NCBI GenBank assembly: GCA_902765225.1
Contig: CACWYV010000005.1
Span: 43,861 to 107,860, forward strand
Reading direction: 5' to 3'
DNA from: Candidatus Avelusimicrobium intestinale
GTDB taxonomy: Bacteria > Elusimicrobiota > Elusimicrobia > Elusimicrobiales > Elusimicrobiaceae
Length of the DNA: 64,000 nt
The stretch's first letter is position 1; every line of letters begins with the position of its first letter. The notes under the pieces were generated by a model. That model did no database searches. It saw only the letters and a program-made list of their open reading frames with translations, and had not been told where the DNA came from. Made by a program: the position numbers and the translations under genes. Positions 9,211 through 19,055 of the stretch are shown piece by piece.

Positions 9211-10134
9211 TTAATATTTTTGTCGGGTAATGTATTTGAACCAAAACCGCAAAAATTTAGTGGGCCGGCGGAAGAAATCCGGGGCAAGCTCAAAAAATAT
9301 TTTGTCTTTTAGACCGGTAACGGCTAGGAATTTATCCCAAGCTTTCGTATTTTTACGAATCGTAAGATGAGAACCGCCTTTTTGACGGTAGAAGGCATAA
9401 TCGTGATACCACTCATCAAAATAGTAGTACTGCCAAAATTTACGCGGTCCGGTAGAATGTATAATATAGGCCTTGTCTAGTTGCGAGCGTTTGGCACTGG
9501 CGGCTAAATTATACAATTGCGGAAGGGGATTAAGCGATAGATGAAATTCTTGTAAGGCCAAATTAATCAATCCTTGGTCTCCCAATTCAAGTTTAGAGGC
9601 GTGTTTGTTTAGCATTTGGTAGAGCCAAGAGCGGATTTCTTGGGCCGGAAGAGGATTTCTTAATACAATAAAACCCGCATTGTAGGATTTAGCCGACATA
9701 TCATATCCGGGTATGGGTTGAAAGAAATTACTTCCCACGTTGGGTAAGTTATCATGCGTGAGCGTAACGGTACCCGGATTTGCCTGTAGTACATGTATCA
9801 ATTCTTTTTGTACCAAAATATCGGAATCCAGGCAGACTACCGAATCATAATGGGTTAACAGTTCAAAAGCTTCAAATCGGGCAAACAAGGCGGGGGTAAA
9901 CCTTCGGATACAAGGGGCGTCCAGACCGGGGAGGTCATAATCGCGTATTTGCACGGGGAAATGATCCGTGAATAAATTTTTGACTTCCGGGCTCCAACGA
10001 TAAGCATAAATAAAAATATCCGAAGATGTTGCCAGTTTAGGAGAATTTCTAAGAAAACTTTTTAAACTGACAAATAAGGCAAAAGAGAATACCGAACTGG
10101 AAGCCATTAAAATAGCTGTTGATTTTTGGGGCAT
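9211..10134 (-). CDS. Glycosyltransferase family 8
   Basis: RFEAFELL, VVCLDSDILV (DxD), YNAGFIVL, GDQGLIN, YNL and IIHSTG.KFW motifs. Confidence 0.85.
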   Translation of the reverse strand: MPQKSTAILMASSSVFSFALFVSLKSFLRNSPKLATSSDIFIYAYRWSPEVKNLFTDHFPVQIRDYDLPGLDAPCIRRFTPALFARFEAFELLTHYDSVVCLDSDILVQKELIHVLQANPGTVTLTHDNLPNVGSNFFQPIPGYDMSAKSYNAGFIVLRNPLPAQEIRSWLYQMLNKHASKLELGDQGLINLALQEFHLSLNPLPQLYNLAASAKRSQLDKAYIIHSTGPRKFWQYYYFDEWYHDYAFYRQKGGSHLTIRKNTKAWDKFLAVTGLKDKIFFELAPDFFRRPTKFLRFWFKYITRQKY

Positions 10135-10136
10135 AC

Positions 10137-11021
10137 TTACTCCTCTATGATTTCTTGTAGGGCTTGTGCGAGAGGATAATGAGGAGTAAATCCCACCTCT
10201 TGCGTCAGCCGGGTATTATCCCCGGCGATGAGCAGGGGTTGAGCGGCGGGTTGCTGGTCCAGCACCAATAAATCTTCCCGTCCCAAAAGACGGGCCAGGG
10301 TGCGGGTGTAATCGGCAAGTGATACCGCGCGGCCCGTACAGATGTTTACACTCCCTTGAACTGGGCTATCCAAGAGGGCTACAAAAGCGGCTGCAATATC
10401 CTTGGCATACATATAATCACGTAACAGTTGGGCGTGTGCAATTGTAAAGGAGTTTCCGGCGCGTAAAGCATTGAGCAAAGCGGCTGTTAAGCGAGAAGGA
10501 TGTTCTTTCCGTCCGTACACATAAAAAATACGTCCGTATCCAAAACTGATATGATAGGCCGTGCAAAAATCCTGCGCCAAGCGATGCAAATTATCCTTGC
10601 AACGGGCGTATAGATTGAGCGGAGAGATAGAATCACTTTCTTTCAGGAGCGTTTTTTGGGCGGCATATTCCATACAAGTTCCCGCGAAAACGGTCCGTTG
10701 CCCGCCGTTTTGGGCAAAATGATGTAAAAGCGTAAGGCCGGCACGGACAAAGTCAAAATTAAGAGGCGAGGTTTGGTAATCTCCGCTCGTACACCAAGCC
10801 AAATTCAATAAGTATTGCGGTTGAATCTGTGCCAATGCCTTGGCTAGGCAGGTTTCATCAAACAGGTTCCCCTTGATCCAGGTTACCTGCGGTAAAATGG
10901 GGTGGTTATCATCTACAGTTAGGACGTAAGGTTCAAATCCATGCGTAGCTAATGGAGCATACAATTCACGGCCGATAAGGCCCGTTCCGCCTGTAATAAA
11001 CACACGTTTAGAGGAGGGCAT
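10137..11021 (-). CDS. NAD-dependent epimerase/dehydratase (NDP-sugar reductase-like)
   Basis: ITGGTGLIG, YARCK (YxxxK), RIFYVYG and RDYMY motifs. Confidence 0.85.
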   Translation of the reverse strand: MPSSKRVFITGGTGLIGRELYAPLATHGFEPYVLTVDDNHPILPQVTWIKGNLFDETCLAKALAQIQPQYLLNLAWCTSGDYQTSPLNFDFVRAGLTLLHHFAQNGGQRTVFAGTCMEYAAQKTLLKESDSISPLNLYARCKDNLHRLAQDFCTAYHISFGYGRIFYVYGRKEHPSRLTAALLNALRAGNSFTIAHAQLLRDYMYAKDIAAAFVALLDSPVQGSVNICTGRAVSLADYTRTLARLLGREDLLVLDQQPAAQPLLIAGDNTRLTQEVGFTPHYPLAQALQEIIEE

Positions 11022-11532
11022 AGTTTTTATCTCGTTCGTTCAAAATAGGGTTTTCCAACGGCCAACTGATATTTAACTTAGGGTCGTTGTAGCGCACACC
11101 GTCATATGCTTCCGGATGGAAAAATTCATCCAATTGATAATAAACGGTAGTATGGTCCTGGAGAGTTTGAAATCCATGGGCACATAGGGGTGGAATAAAA
11201 AGCATTTTCCCGTTTTGGGCAGATAGTTCAACCGTAATGTGTTGTAAGTAAGTAGCCGAGTCGGGCCGCAGATCCACCACCACATCAAAGATGCTTCCCT
11301 GCAAGCAAGAAACAATTTTTGTCTCCGGGAAAGGGGGCTTTTGGTAGTGCAATCCGCGTAAGGTTCCCCGGTGTGTGTTTCCGGAAAGATTGCACTGTTT
11401 GATTGGCATTTTTAATCCGGCACGGGCAAGTTCCTGTTGGCAAAATTGACGGGCGAAAAAACCGCGTTCATCTTGGAACGGTTCTATTTCCAACAAATAT
11501 ATCCCTTGAATTTGTTGTGGGATAATTTTCAT
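11008..11532 (-). CDS. rfbC: dTDP-4-dehydrorhamnose 3,5-epimerase family
   Basis: FQDERGFFAR, GTLRGLHYQ, VVVDLRPDSATY and AHGFQTL motifs. Confidence 0.9.
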   Translation of the reverse strand: MKIIPQQIQGIYLLEIEPFQDERGFFARQFCQQELARAGLKMPIKQCNLSGNTHRGTLRGLHYQKPPFPETKIVSCLQGSIFDVVVDLRPDSATYLQHITVELSAQNGKMLFIPPLCAHGFQTLQDHTTVYYQLDEFFHPEAYDGVRYNDPKLNISWPLENPILNERDKNYALL

Positions 11533-11571
11533 AACCAATTTTCCGCGCCCTCTAGAGTATAGTTGAAAAAA

Positions 11572-11643
11572 TACCCCCATACAGAATCGAACTGTAATCC
11601 CCTGCTTAGAAGGCAGGTGCTCTATCCGTTGAGCTATGGGGGC
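11572..11643 (-). tRNA. tRNA-Arg(UCU)
   Basis: Reverse complement GCCCCCATAGCTCAACGGATAGAGCACCTGCC-TTCTAA-GCAGGGGATTACAGTTCGATTCTGTATGGGGGTA forms a cloverleaf. Confidence 0.95.
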
Positions 11644-11775
11644 ATTTCACCTACATATATTCTACTAAAAAAAACTTTTTTTGGCAGAAATTATATCCGT
11701 CTGCCATAGATGAAATACCAAATAAAACTCCCCGAACATAAATCCGGGGAGTTTTACAAAAGTGGCGGTAAACAA

Positions 11776-13074
11776 CTACGGGTGTATTTTGTCCATCATG
11801 CGGGCAAAAGGAATTGTTTCGCGCACATGTTGGAGTCCGCATACCCAACGCACCATACGTTCAATACCCATACCAAACCCGGCGTGCGGCACGCTGCCGT
11901 ATTTGCGTAAATCCAAGTACCAACTGTACCCTTCGGGGTCCAAACCTTGTTCTTTGATACGTGCCAGTAATGCGTCGTAGTCGGCTTCTCTTTCGCTACC
12001 GCCGATGATTTCTCCCGCGCCTTCCGGCCCGATGACATCCACGGCTAACACCACTTTGGGGTTTTTCGGGTCGCGTTTCATGTAAAACGCTTTGATAGCA
12101 GCGGGATAGCGGTGAATCATAATGGGCGTATCGTAATCCTCGCCCAATAAGGTTTCTTCGTCGCCGCCGATATCGCCGCCCCAAGGGGTATCATTCCCTT
12201 TTTTATGCAAAATTTCAATGGCGTCGGTGTAGTCAATGCGCGGAAATTTTTTCTCCACGGTGGCCTCCAATTTAGAGGTATCCCGTTCCAACGTACGCAG
12301 ATCCGCCGCGCGGTTTTTGAGCACTTTGGCTACAATATACTTGATAAAATCTTCCGCTAAATCCATATTGTCATCTAAGTCGTTGTAAGCCACTTCCGGT
12401 TCCACCATCCAAAATTCGGTTAAGTGACGGCGTGTTTTGGATTTTTCCGCACGGAACGTCGGTCCAAAGCAGTATGTTTTCCCCAGGGCCATGGCCGAGG
12501 CCTCGCCGTAGAGTTGCCCGCTTTGGGACAAAAATGCTTTTTCGCCGAAATAATCGGTTTCAAACAGCGTGCTGGTTCCTTCACAGGCGGCGGGGGTTAA
12601 AATGGGAGAATCAGACAAAATAAATCCGTTCTTGTGGAAGTATTCGCGGATAGCAAAAATGATTTCATCCCGCACGCGCAAGATAGCCGTTTGACGGGCC
12701 GAACGTAACCACAAGTGGCGGTTTTGCATCAAGAAATCCGGGCCGTGTTCTTTGGGTGTAATGGGATAATCTTTAGCCATCTGTACAATTTCCAAATTAG
12801 CAACGCCGAGTTCAAAACCCAGGGGGGAGCGTTTATCCTCGCGCACAACACCCGTAACAATGATGGACGATTCTTGCGTTACTTTATCACCTAGTTCAAA
12901 TTGTTCCGGGCTGACTTCCCCTTTGAACATGACGCATTGAATAATACCGCTACCGTCGCGTAATTGCAAAAAATGGAGTTTACCGCTGGAGCGTTTGTTA
13001 TACAACCACCCGCGCAAAGTAACTTCTTGCCCGACGTATTGACCCACTTCACTGACACGAACTTTATGCAACAT
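11776..13074 (-). CDS. asnS: Asparaginyl-tRNA synthetase
   Basis: [42 protein letters not shown] and [15 protein letters not shown] motifs. Confidence 0.95.
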   Translation of the reverse strand: MLHKVRVSEVGQYVGQEVTLRGWLYNKRSSGKLHFLQLRDGSGIIQCVMFKGEVSPEQFELGDKVTQESSIIVTGVVREDKRSPLGFELGVANLEIVQMAKDYPITPKEHGPDFLMQNRHLWLRSARQTAILRVRDEIIFAIREYFHKNGFILSDSPILTPAACEGTSTLFETDYFGEKAFLSQSGQLYGEASAMALGKTYCFGPTFRAEKSKTRRHLTEFWMVEPEVAYNDLDDNMDLAEDFIKYIVAKVLKNRAADLRTLERDTSKLEATVEKKFPRIDYTDAIEILHKKGNDTPWGGDIGGDEETLLGEDYDTPIMIHRYPAAIKAFYMKRDPKNPKVVLAVDVIGPEGAGEIIGGSEREADYDALLARIKEQGLDPEGYSWYLDLRKYGSVPHAGFGMGIERMVRWVCGLQHVRETIPFARMMDKIHP

Positions 13075-13221
13075 AACAGGACCTCTTCTTACAGAATATA
13101 TCTCTATTTTATCTTTTTCCAAGTGAAAAGGGAATACAGGGCCGTTTTAAGTGTTTTCACCAAACGAATATGATACAATAAGCAGGTACAAGGTCTGTGT
13201 GTCGGATGGGTGGGAGATAAG

Positions 13222-13782
13222 ATGAATTTAAAATCCGGTTTTACGCTTATTGAATTATTAGTGGTAGTGCTCATTATCGGCATATTGGCTTCTATTGCGT
13301 TGCCGCAGTATAAGCTGGCCGTTATCAAAAGCAAGGCGGCGGCATATTTTCCGGTTTTAAAGTCAATTCGGGATGCGCAAGAAGTATATTACCTGGCCAA
13401 CGGACATTATGCTATAGATGTACGGGAATTGGATGTGGACATGCCTGCCCACTGTACGATTTCTACCGATCACCAAAGTGGTAACGAATGGTCTTGCGGT
13501 ACGGAATTTTACATAGATAACGCTATTGACTCCGTCACTTCCCCTACGGTAACCCCCTATGGTGTTGTGTATCTGGAATATTGTCCCGGTGCCAATGCGG
13601 CATGGACCACATGTAGAGACCGCAGAGACTTTTTGATTGGTTTTATTTATCAACACAGTGCAGAATATACGCCCCAGGGGCTTGAAGGGAAAATTCGCTG
13701 TTCTTCTTACAATAACTCTGCCCTAGGCAAACAAGTCTGCAGAAGTTTGACCGGTTTGATAGATAGGTATGTTGAGATGTAA
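13222..13782 (+). CDS. Type IV pilin / PilE-like prepilin
   Basis: MNLKSG|FTLIELLVVVLIIGILASIALPQY; AQEVYYLANGHY; multiple cysteines. Confidence 0.92.
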   Translation: MNLKSGFTLIELLVVVLIIGILASIALPQYKLAVIKSKAAAYFPVLKSIRDAQEVYYLANGHYAIDVRELDVDMPAHCTISTDHQSGNEWSCGTEFYIDNAIDSVTSPTVTPYGVVYLEYCPGANAAWTTCRDRRDFLIGFIYQHSAEYTPQGLEGKIRCSSYNNSALGKQVCRSLTGLIDRYVEM

Positions 13783-13802
13783 ACAATATCTAACATGAAG
13801 AA

Positions 13803-13884
13803 TAGAAAGCCCCATTTGCGTAGGGCTTTCTAAATATGGACGTGATCGGGAGTCCTGCGGACGGCAATGCGACCTCCTCGTTGC
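13803..13884 (-). repeat. Degenerate duplicate of the tRNA-Ala 3' half plus its terminator
   Basis: tggacgtgatcggga (13836-13850) matches 13988-14002; cgacctcctcgttgc (13870-13884) matches 14012-14026; the agaaagccc...gggctttct hairpin parallels 13957-13982. Confidence 0.8.
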
Positions 13885-13987
13885 TCACATCGGAGCGTGG
13901 CGCTCCGTTCATAACTTCGTCTGTCTTTCGGTTCTTAATAGCAAGTATAAAATTACAAAGCCCCGCTTGCGCGAGGCTTTCTAATTT

Positions 13988-14060
13988 TGGACGTGATCGG
14001 GATCGAACCGACGACCTCCTCGTTGCGAACGAGACGCTCTCCCAGCTGAGCTACACGCCC
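13988..14060 (-). tRNA. tRNA-Ala(CGC)
   Basis: Reverse complement GGGCGTGTAGCTCAGCTGGGAGAGCGTCTCG-TTCGCAA-CGAGGAGGTCGTCGGTTCGATCCCGATCACGTCCA. Confidence 0.95.
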
Positions 14061-14173
14061 GGAAAACGGTACAATTTCTTTCCACAACATCTCTATTATA
14101 ACAAATCTGGGCTCGTTTTTCAAAACTCGTTTTGGCATAACGGGTATCCCCATAAAATGCTAAAATATCCCAT

Positions 14174-15403
14174 ATGGCAAAACTAGTTAGAGGGTTTCGC
14201 GATATTTTTGAACCCCAATCCAAAAATTTTACCGAACTGGAAAATTGCGCCCGCGGTGTGTTTTCCTTGTACGGATTTAGCGAACTGCGCTTACCGACGG
14301 TAGAGCAAAAAGAACTTTTTGTAAAATCTACCGGCGAAACGACGGATATCGTCCAAAAAGAAATGTATGCCTTTGAAGATGCCGGCCATCGGCAATTGGC
14401 CATCCGTCCCGAGGGTACCCCCGGCGTGGTGCGTGCGTATTTAGAAAATAATTTTGTGCAACAAGCCCCTGTGCAAAAATTTTATTACATCGGTAATATG
14501 TTCCGTGCCGAACGTCCGCAAGCAGGCCGCTACCGCGAGTTTGAACAAATCGGCGCCGAATATATCGGCAATTCCGCTCCGGCGGCCGATGCCGAAGTGA
14601 TTTTGATGCTGAAAGACATTGTGGCCAAATTCGGTGCGAAAAATTACGTTGTCAAAATCAACAGTTTGGGGTGTGATAAGTGCCGCCCTGTTTACCGCCA
14701 GGCACTCATTGATTTCTTATCCAAAGAAAAAGATACCCTTTGCGAAAATTGCCAAACACGTTTAGAAAAAAATCCTTTGCGCGTGTTGGATTGTAAAATA
14801 GACGGACCGCGTTTTGCGGGCCGAGTGCCGACGATGCAACTCTGCCCGGAATGCCAAGCCCATTTTGACGAAGTACAACGCTTGTTAAAAGGGAAAATTG
14901 ACTTCGTGGTGGACCCGATGCTCGTGCGCGGATTGGATTATTATTCCCGCACCGTGTTTGAATTTCAGGCGGGGGAACTTTCCCAAAATGCCATCGCGGC
15001 CGGTGGGCGCTACGATACGCTGATCAAAAATATGGGCGGCCCGGCTACCCCGGCTATCGGATGGGCCATGGGGGCGGAACGCGTGATTTTGTCACGCGGG
15101 GAAATAGAGCGCGCAAAATCCAAAAGCGTGTATTTCGTGTCCATGGACAAAACTTGCAACGAAACGGCTTTTAATCTCATGCAAGCCCTGCGTGCCGCGG
15201 GTATCCGCTGTGAGGGCGGTCTGTTTGATAAAAATATCAAAGGACAAATGAAACAGGCCGACCGGTGCGGTTCATCGTACGCGGTGATTATCGGTTCGGA
15301 CGAATTGTCCGCCCGGGAAGTGACTTTTAAAAATTTAGAGACGGGAGAGCAACGCAAAATCTCCTTTGACGTTTTAACAGACGAGGTTAAAAAATTAGTA
15401 TGA
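14174..15403 (+). CDS. hisS: Histidyl-tRNA synthetase
   Basis: VRGFRD, LAIRPEGTPGVVR, FRAERPQAGRYREFEQ, LVRGLDYY and GGRYD motifs. Confidence 0.97.
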   Translation: MAKLVRGFRDIFEPQSKNFTELENCARGVFSLYGFSELRLPTVEQKELFVKSTGETTDIVQKEMYAFEDAGHRQLAIRPEGTPGVVRAYLENNFVQQAPVQKFYYIGNMFRAERPQAGRYREFEQIGAEYIGNSAPAADAEVILMLKDIVAKFGAKNYVVKINSLGCDKCRPVYRQALIDFLSKEKDTLCENCQTRLEKNPLRVLDCKIDGPRFAGRVPTMQLCPECQAHFDEVQRLLKGKIDFVVDPMLVRGLDYYSRTVFEFQAGELSQNAIAAGGRYDTLIKNMGGPATPAIGWAMGAERVILSRGEIERAKSKSVYFVSMDKTCNETAFNLMQALRAAGIRCEGGLFDKNIKGQMKQADRCGSSYAVIIGSDELSAREVTFKNLETGEQRKISFDVLTDEVKKLV

Positions 15404-17148
15404 AACGAACCAACTATTGCGGTGATATTACCGCGCAACTGCTGGGTACCAAACAAACTTTATGCGGCTGGGTAAACAGTTACCGCAACCACGGGGGCGT
15501 GTTGTTTATCAACGTGCGCGACCGCAGCGGGGTGTGCCAACTGGTGGTGGAACCCAACAGCCCGTTCTTTGAGGTGGCATACGGCCTACGCAACGAGTAT
15601 GTAATAGAAGTAACCGGCACCGTCAAACGCCGCATTGAAGGGGCCGTCAACCCGAATATGAAAACGGGTGAAATTGAAATTTTAGTGGAAGATTTAAAAG
15701 TATTAAATACGTGTATTGCCTTGCCGTTTGAGGTAGAAAATTCCCGCAACGTGGCCGAAGAAATCCGCCTGAAATACCGCTATTTGGATTTGCGTAATCC
15801 CAAAATGTACGCCAATTTGCTTTTGCGTCACCGTATTGCCCAGGCCGCTCGGCGTTATTTGGACGCACAGGGATTTTTGGAAGTGGAAACGCCCGTACTT
15901 ACGCGCTCCACGCCGGAAGGTGCCCGTGATTATTTGGTGCCGTCGCGTGTGCATCACGGGGAATTTTACGCGCTTCCGCAAAGCCCGCAAATGTTCAAAC
16001 AAACTTTAATGGCCAGTGGGATTGACCGCTATTTCCAGCTGGCGCGGTGCTTCCGCGACGAAGACCTGCGTGCCGACCGCCAGCCCGAACATACACAAAT
16101 TGATATGGAAATGTCGTTTGTGACCATTGACGATATTCACGAAATAGTAGAAGGACTGATGAAGGAAATTTTCAAAACGGCCGGTAAAGATTTGCAAACG
16201 CCGTTTATAAAATTACCGTTTGATGAAGCAATGGATAAATATGGGTCGGACAAGCCGGACTTGCGCTATTCGTTGCAACTGGTCAACGTGGCCGACATTT
16301 TTGCAAACACGGGTTTTAAAGTATTCCAAGACGTGTTGGCTGCCAAAGGGGCCATTTATGCCCTCAAGGCCGAAAAAGGAGCCGCTTATTCGCGCGGACG
16401 ATTGGATAAACTAACGGAACTGGCCAAGAAAAACGGGGCCAAAGGGCTCGTGTGGCTTAAAATAAAAGGAGCCGCGTGCGAAGGCCCGGCGGCCAAATTC
16501 TTTACGGCGCAAGAACTGCAAGAGTTACAACAGGCCCTGAACGCCGCCGACGGAGATTTGATGTTAGTGGGTAGCGATGTCAATTTACGAACCTGCCAAA
16601 CGTTTATGGGTGCATTACGTAAGGAATTGGTAAAAGAACTGCCGCAAAATACCGATTGGGCTTTTGCGTGGATTACCAGTTTCCCGCTTTTGGAGTACAT
16701 CCCCGAGGAAGACCGCTGGGATGCCGCCCACAATCCTTTTACGGCGGCGGTGGAAGAAGATTTACCGAATTTGGAAAAAGATCCCGGCTCCGTCCGTTCG
16801 TATCAGTTTGACCTTGTACTTAACGGTAATGAATTGGCTTCCGGTTCCGTGCGCAATTGCCGTCGCGACGTACAAGAGCGCATCTTGGCACTGATGAAAC
16901 ACAGTAAAGAAGATGCGGCTATTCGCTTTGGCATGTTGTTAAACGCATTGGAGGCCGGAGCTCCGCCACACGGTGGCATTGGGCTGGGCTTGGACCGTAT
17001 TACCGCGCTACTGGCCGGGGAAGAGTCCATTCGCGAAGTGATTGCTTTCCCCAAGACGGCCCAAGCCGTTTGTCCGCTTACCGAGTCCCCCAACCGGGTG
17101 GACCAAAAGCAATTGGACGAACTGGGCATTCAACTGGCTAAAGAATAA
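15400..17148 (+). CDS. aspS: Aspartyl-tRNA synthetase (likely non-discriminating type)
   Basis: RTNYCG, RYLDLR, STPEGARDYLVPSR, CFRDEDLRADRQPE and GAPPHGGIGLGLDR motifs. Confidence 0.97.
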   Translation: MKRTNYCGDITAQLLGTKQTLCGWVNSYRNHGGVLFINVRDRSGVCQLVVEPNSPFFEVAYGLRNEYVIEVTGTVKRRIEGAVNPNMKTGEIEILVEDLKVLNTCIALPFEVENSRNVAEEIRLKYRYLDLRNPKMYANLLLRHRIAQAARRYLDAQGFLEVETPVLTRSTPEGARDYLVPSRVHHGEFYALPQSPQMFKQTLMASGIDRYFQLARCFRDEDLRADRQPEHTQIDMEMSFVTIDDIHEIVEGLMKEIFKTAGKDLQTPFIKLPFDEAMDKYGSDKPDLRYSLQLVNVADIFANTGFKVFQDVLAAKGAIYALKAEKGAAYSRGRLDKLTELAKKNGAKGLVWLKIKGAACEGPAAKFFTAQELQELQQALNAADGDLMLVGSDVNLRTCQTFMGALRKELVKELPQNTDWAFAWITSFPLLEYIPEEDRWDAAHNPFTAAVEEDLPNLEKDPGSVRSYQFDLVLNGNELASGSVRNCRRDVQERILALMKHSKEDAAIRFGMLLNALEAGAPPHGGIGLGLDRITALLAGEESIREVIAFPKTAQAVCPLTESPNRVDQKQLDELGIQLAKE

Positions 17149-17183
17149 TCCGGCGCATTCGGGGCAGATACTCCGGCGGAACA

Positions 17184-17251
17184 TAGATCCAAAGACCTAT
17201 GCCCCCGTAGGACTTTCGGCCCTTGAAAAAGGAAACTTGTTCCAGTAGAAT
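17184..17251 (+). promoter_or_regulatory. Promoter (TTGAAA-N17-TAGAAT) with degenerate GGTC-N4-GACC operator array
   Basis: ta GATCcaaaGACC ta tgcccccg ta GGACtttcGGCC c TTGAAA. Confidence 0.7.
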
Positions 17252-17309
17252 AACAGAAAGAGGGGCGTATGCGCTTGGCCGCAGGCCGCCCGCGCGGAGA
17301 GAAAACTGT

Positions 17310-18971
17310 ATGGAAAAACGGAAATGGGAAGCCCAACTGGTTGCACTAGGATTCATTGCGTTATTGTTGATTATAGTCGTGTTTGTTCTAGTTGAACGGG
17401 GGGATTCCGGTTCCGGTCGTGTTGCTCACCACCACCGTTTGTCTACACGGGCAGACCGATCGCCTACCTTAGAACAGCTCAAAGAAGATGAATTTTTAGA
17501 AATCGGCCGCGTTTCACCCGAGCCCCGGCCGCGTACGCATCGGCCATATTCATCCGCAACCGCTCCGCAGTCGTTGAATAACCAACCGGGAATAGGAGCC
17601 CCAGTTTCTCCCACATTACGGCCTGCCCGTACGACACAAAAACCGAAGAGATCTCCCTCCGCTGTTTCAAGAGGTGGGGGGACTTCTTCCACGAGCAGTT
17701 CGCCCCGCGGGAATTCCACGTTTGTTCCGGGGGTCTCTGCCCTGGCTGGTCGCAACTCAACCGGTGGAGGAGTCTCTTTAGCCGGGCAAAACAAAAACAA
17801 AGACGACAAAGATCCTGTGCGGTTACTTGTTTCCCCGTATGCGAACGATATGACGAAAAAGGAAACGAAAGCGTTAGAAGAAAAACTGTCCGGTTTACCG
17901 CGCGCCATAGAACGGGCCGTGTTGCAGGCGATGCTTCCCAAAGATAAAAAGAATGCCAATATTGAAAAATACTTAAACCGCCGCTACGGCGACCCGCAGG
18001 ATGCTTCTTCCTCCGCCGGAGCGGACAACGGACCGTTTGCCGGAGTCGCAAGGCAGATATCCCGCCAGAAGAACAGTATTGTCAGCAGTATGAAAAACAC
18101 GTACGGCCAAAAAGCCGCTAACCGGGCGGGCAAGGTGATGGATTCATACCAAAAGGAACTAATGAGCGCGCTGAACCAACCGGGGCAAACACAAGAACAA
18201 ATCGCCCAAAAAACACGCCAAATCAGCAAAAAGTATAACGATCAATTGCAAGAAATAGGCCAGCAAAATGCGCTTGATCAACTCCGCCAAGAACGTGAGG
18301 CGCGCGATTTGGCTTTGCAACAAAAATTAGAACAGTCGTATGGGCCGGACATTGCCGCCGAGGCAGGGAAAATTTTAGCGCAGTACCGTGAAAAGGAATT
18401 GGAGATTTTTCAACAAAAAGATGTGTCGGAAGCTGAAATGATGAGAGCGTTTTGGCAAAACGAACACGAATGTGACGAGGCTGTGCAAAAGATGTTGCAG
18501 AGTAATGGAAAAACGGTAGTCGGATATCAGAAAGCTAAAAATGACGATTTTAAAGAACGGGCCCGCAAGCGCCTGGAGCAAGAGGCCGAGGGAGAAGTAT
18601 CGTTGGCGCCGATAATCTATGATAAAGAAACCTTGGACACATTTGTTCAAAAGGTAGATGAAAAATCAAAAAAACCTTTGGATAACGCTGAGGAAGCGTT
18701 TGGTCCGCAAGGGCGTGCCAGGTTACAAGCCGTTGTTGATCGTTATAAGAAAAATTTCATTGGAAATGCTTCCAATACGAACGTGACGCAAGGGGATCAG
18801 CTCGAAGAAGATGACAAAATACGAGAAGATTTTCAGCGTGAATGGAAAGAAACAATTTTAGAATTACAAATAGATAAACTACACCAAAGCCCGCAGTGGC
18901 AAGACGCCAGCGAAGAACAACGTGCCGCTTGGGAGCAACAATTGCAGGAAAGTTTTGAACGACGGCAATAA
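17310..18971 (+). CDS. Membrane-anchored hypothetical protein with S/T/P/G-rich linker and long helical/coiled-coil C-terminus
   Basis: N-terminal TM helix LVALGFIALLLIIVVFVLV; Q/E/K-rich helical region. Start moved to ATG 17310 because the TTG at 17223 coincides with the -35. Confidence 0.7.
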   Translation: MEKRKWEAQLVALGFIALLLIIVVFVLVERGDSGSGRVAHHHRLSTRADRSPTLEQLKEDEFLEIGRVSPEPRPRTHRPYSSATAPQSLNNQPGIGAPVSPTLRPARTTQKPKRSPSAVSRGGGTSSTSSSPRGNSTFVPGVSALAGRNSTGGGVSLAGQNKNKDDKDPVRLLVSPYANDMTKKETKALEEKLSGLPRAIERAVLQAMLPKDKKNANIEKYLNRRYGDPQDASSSAGADNGPFAGVARQISRQKNSIVSSMKNTYGQKAANRAGKVMDSYQKELMSALNQPGQTQEQIAQKTRQISKKYNDQLQEIGQQNALDQLRQEREARDLALQQKLEQSYGPDIAAEAGKILAQYREKELEIFQQKDVSEAEMMRAFWQNEHECDEAVQKMLQSNGKTVVGYQKAKNDDFKERARKRLEQEAEGEVSLAPIIYDKETLDTFVQKVDEKSKKPLDNAEEAFGPQGRARLQAVVDRYKKNFIGNASNTNVTQGDQLEEDDKIREDFQREWKETILELQIDKLHQSPQWQDASEEQRAAWEQQLQESFERRQ

Positions 18972-19021
18972 CCGGGCAAGTAAGGTAACTAGCCCAACGA
19001 TTATAAGAAAATCACTGTGAC

Positions 19022-19055
19022 AATAAATAGCGCGGCGCGAGCCGCGTTATTTATT
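19022..19055. terminator. Bidirectional intrinsic terminator
   Basis: aataaatagcgcggc-gcga-gccgcgttatttatt. Confidence 0.8.

Noticed and set aside
13836-14403. ORFs 13836..14186, 13953..14153 and 13981..14403
   Set aside because: They overlap tRNA-Ala, its duplicated relic and hisS, so they are non-coding artefacts.
17223-17309. TTG start giving a 582-aa version of the anchored protein
   Set aside because: The TTG is the -35 hexamer of the predicted promoter, so ATG 17310 is preferred.
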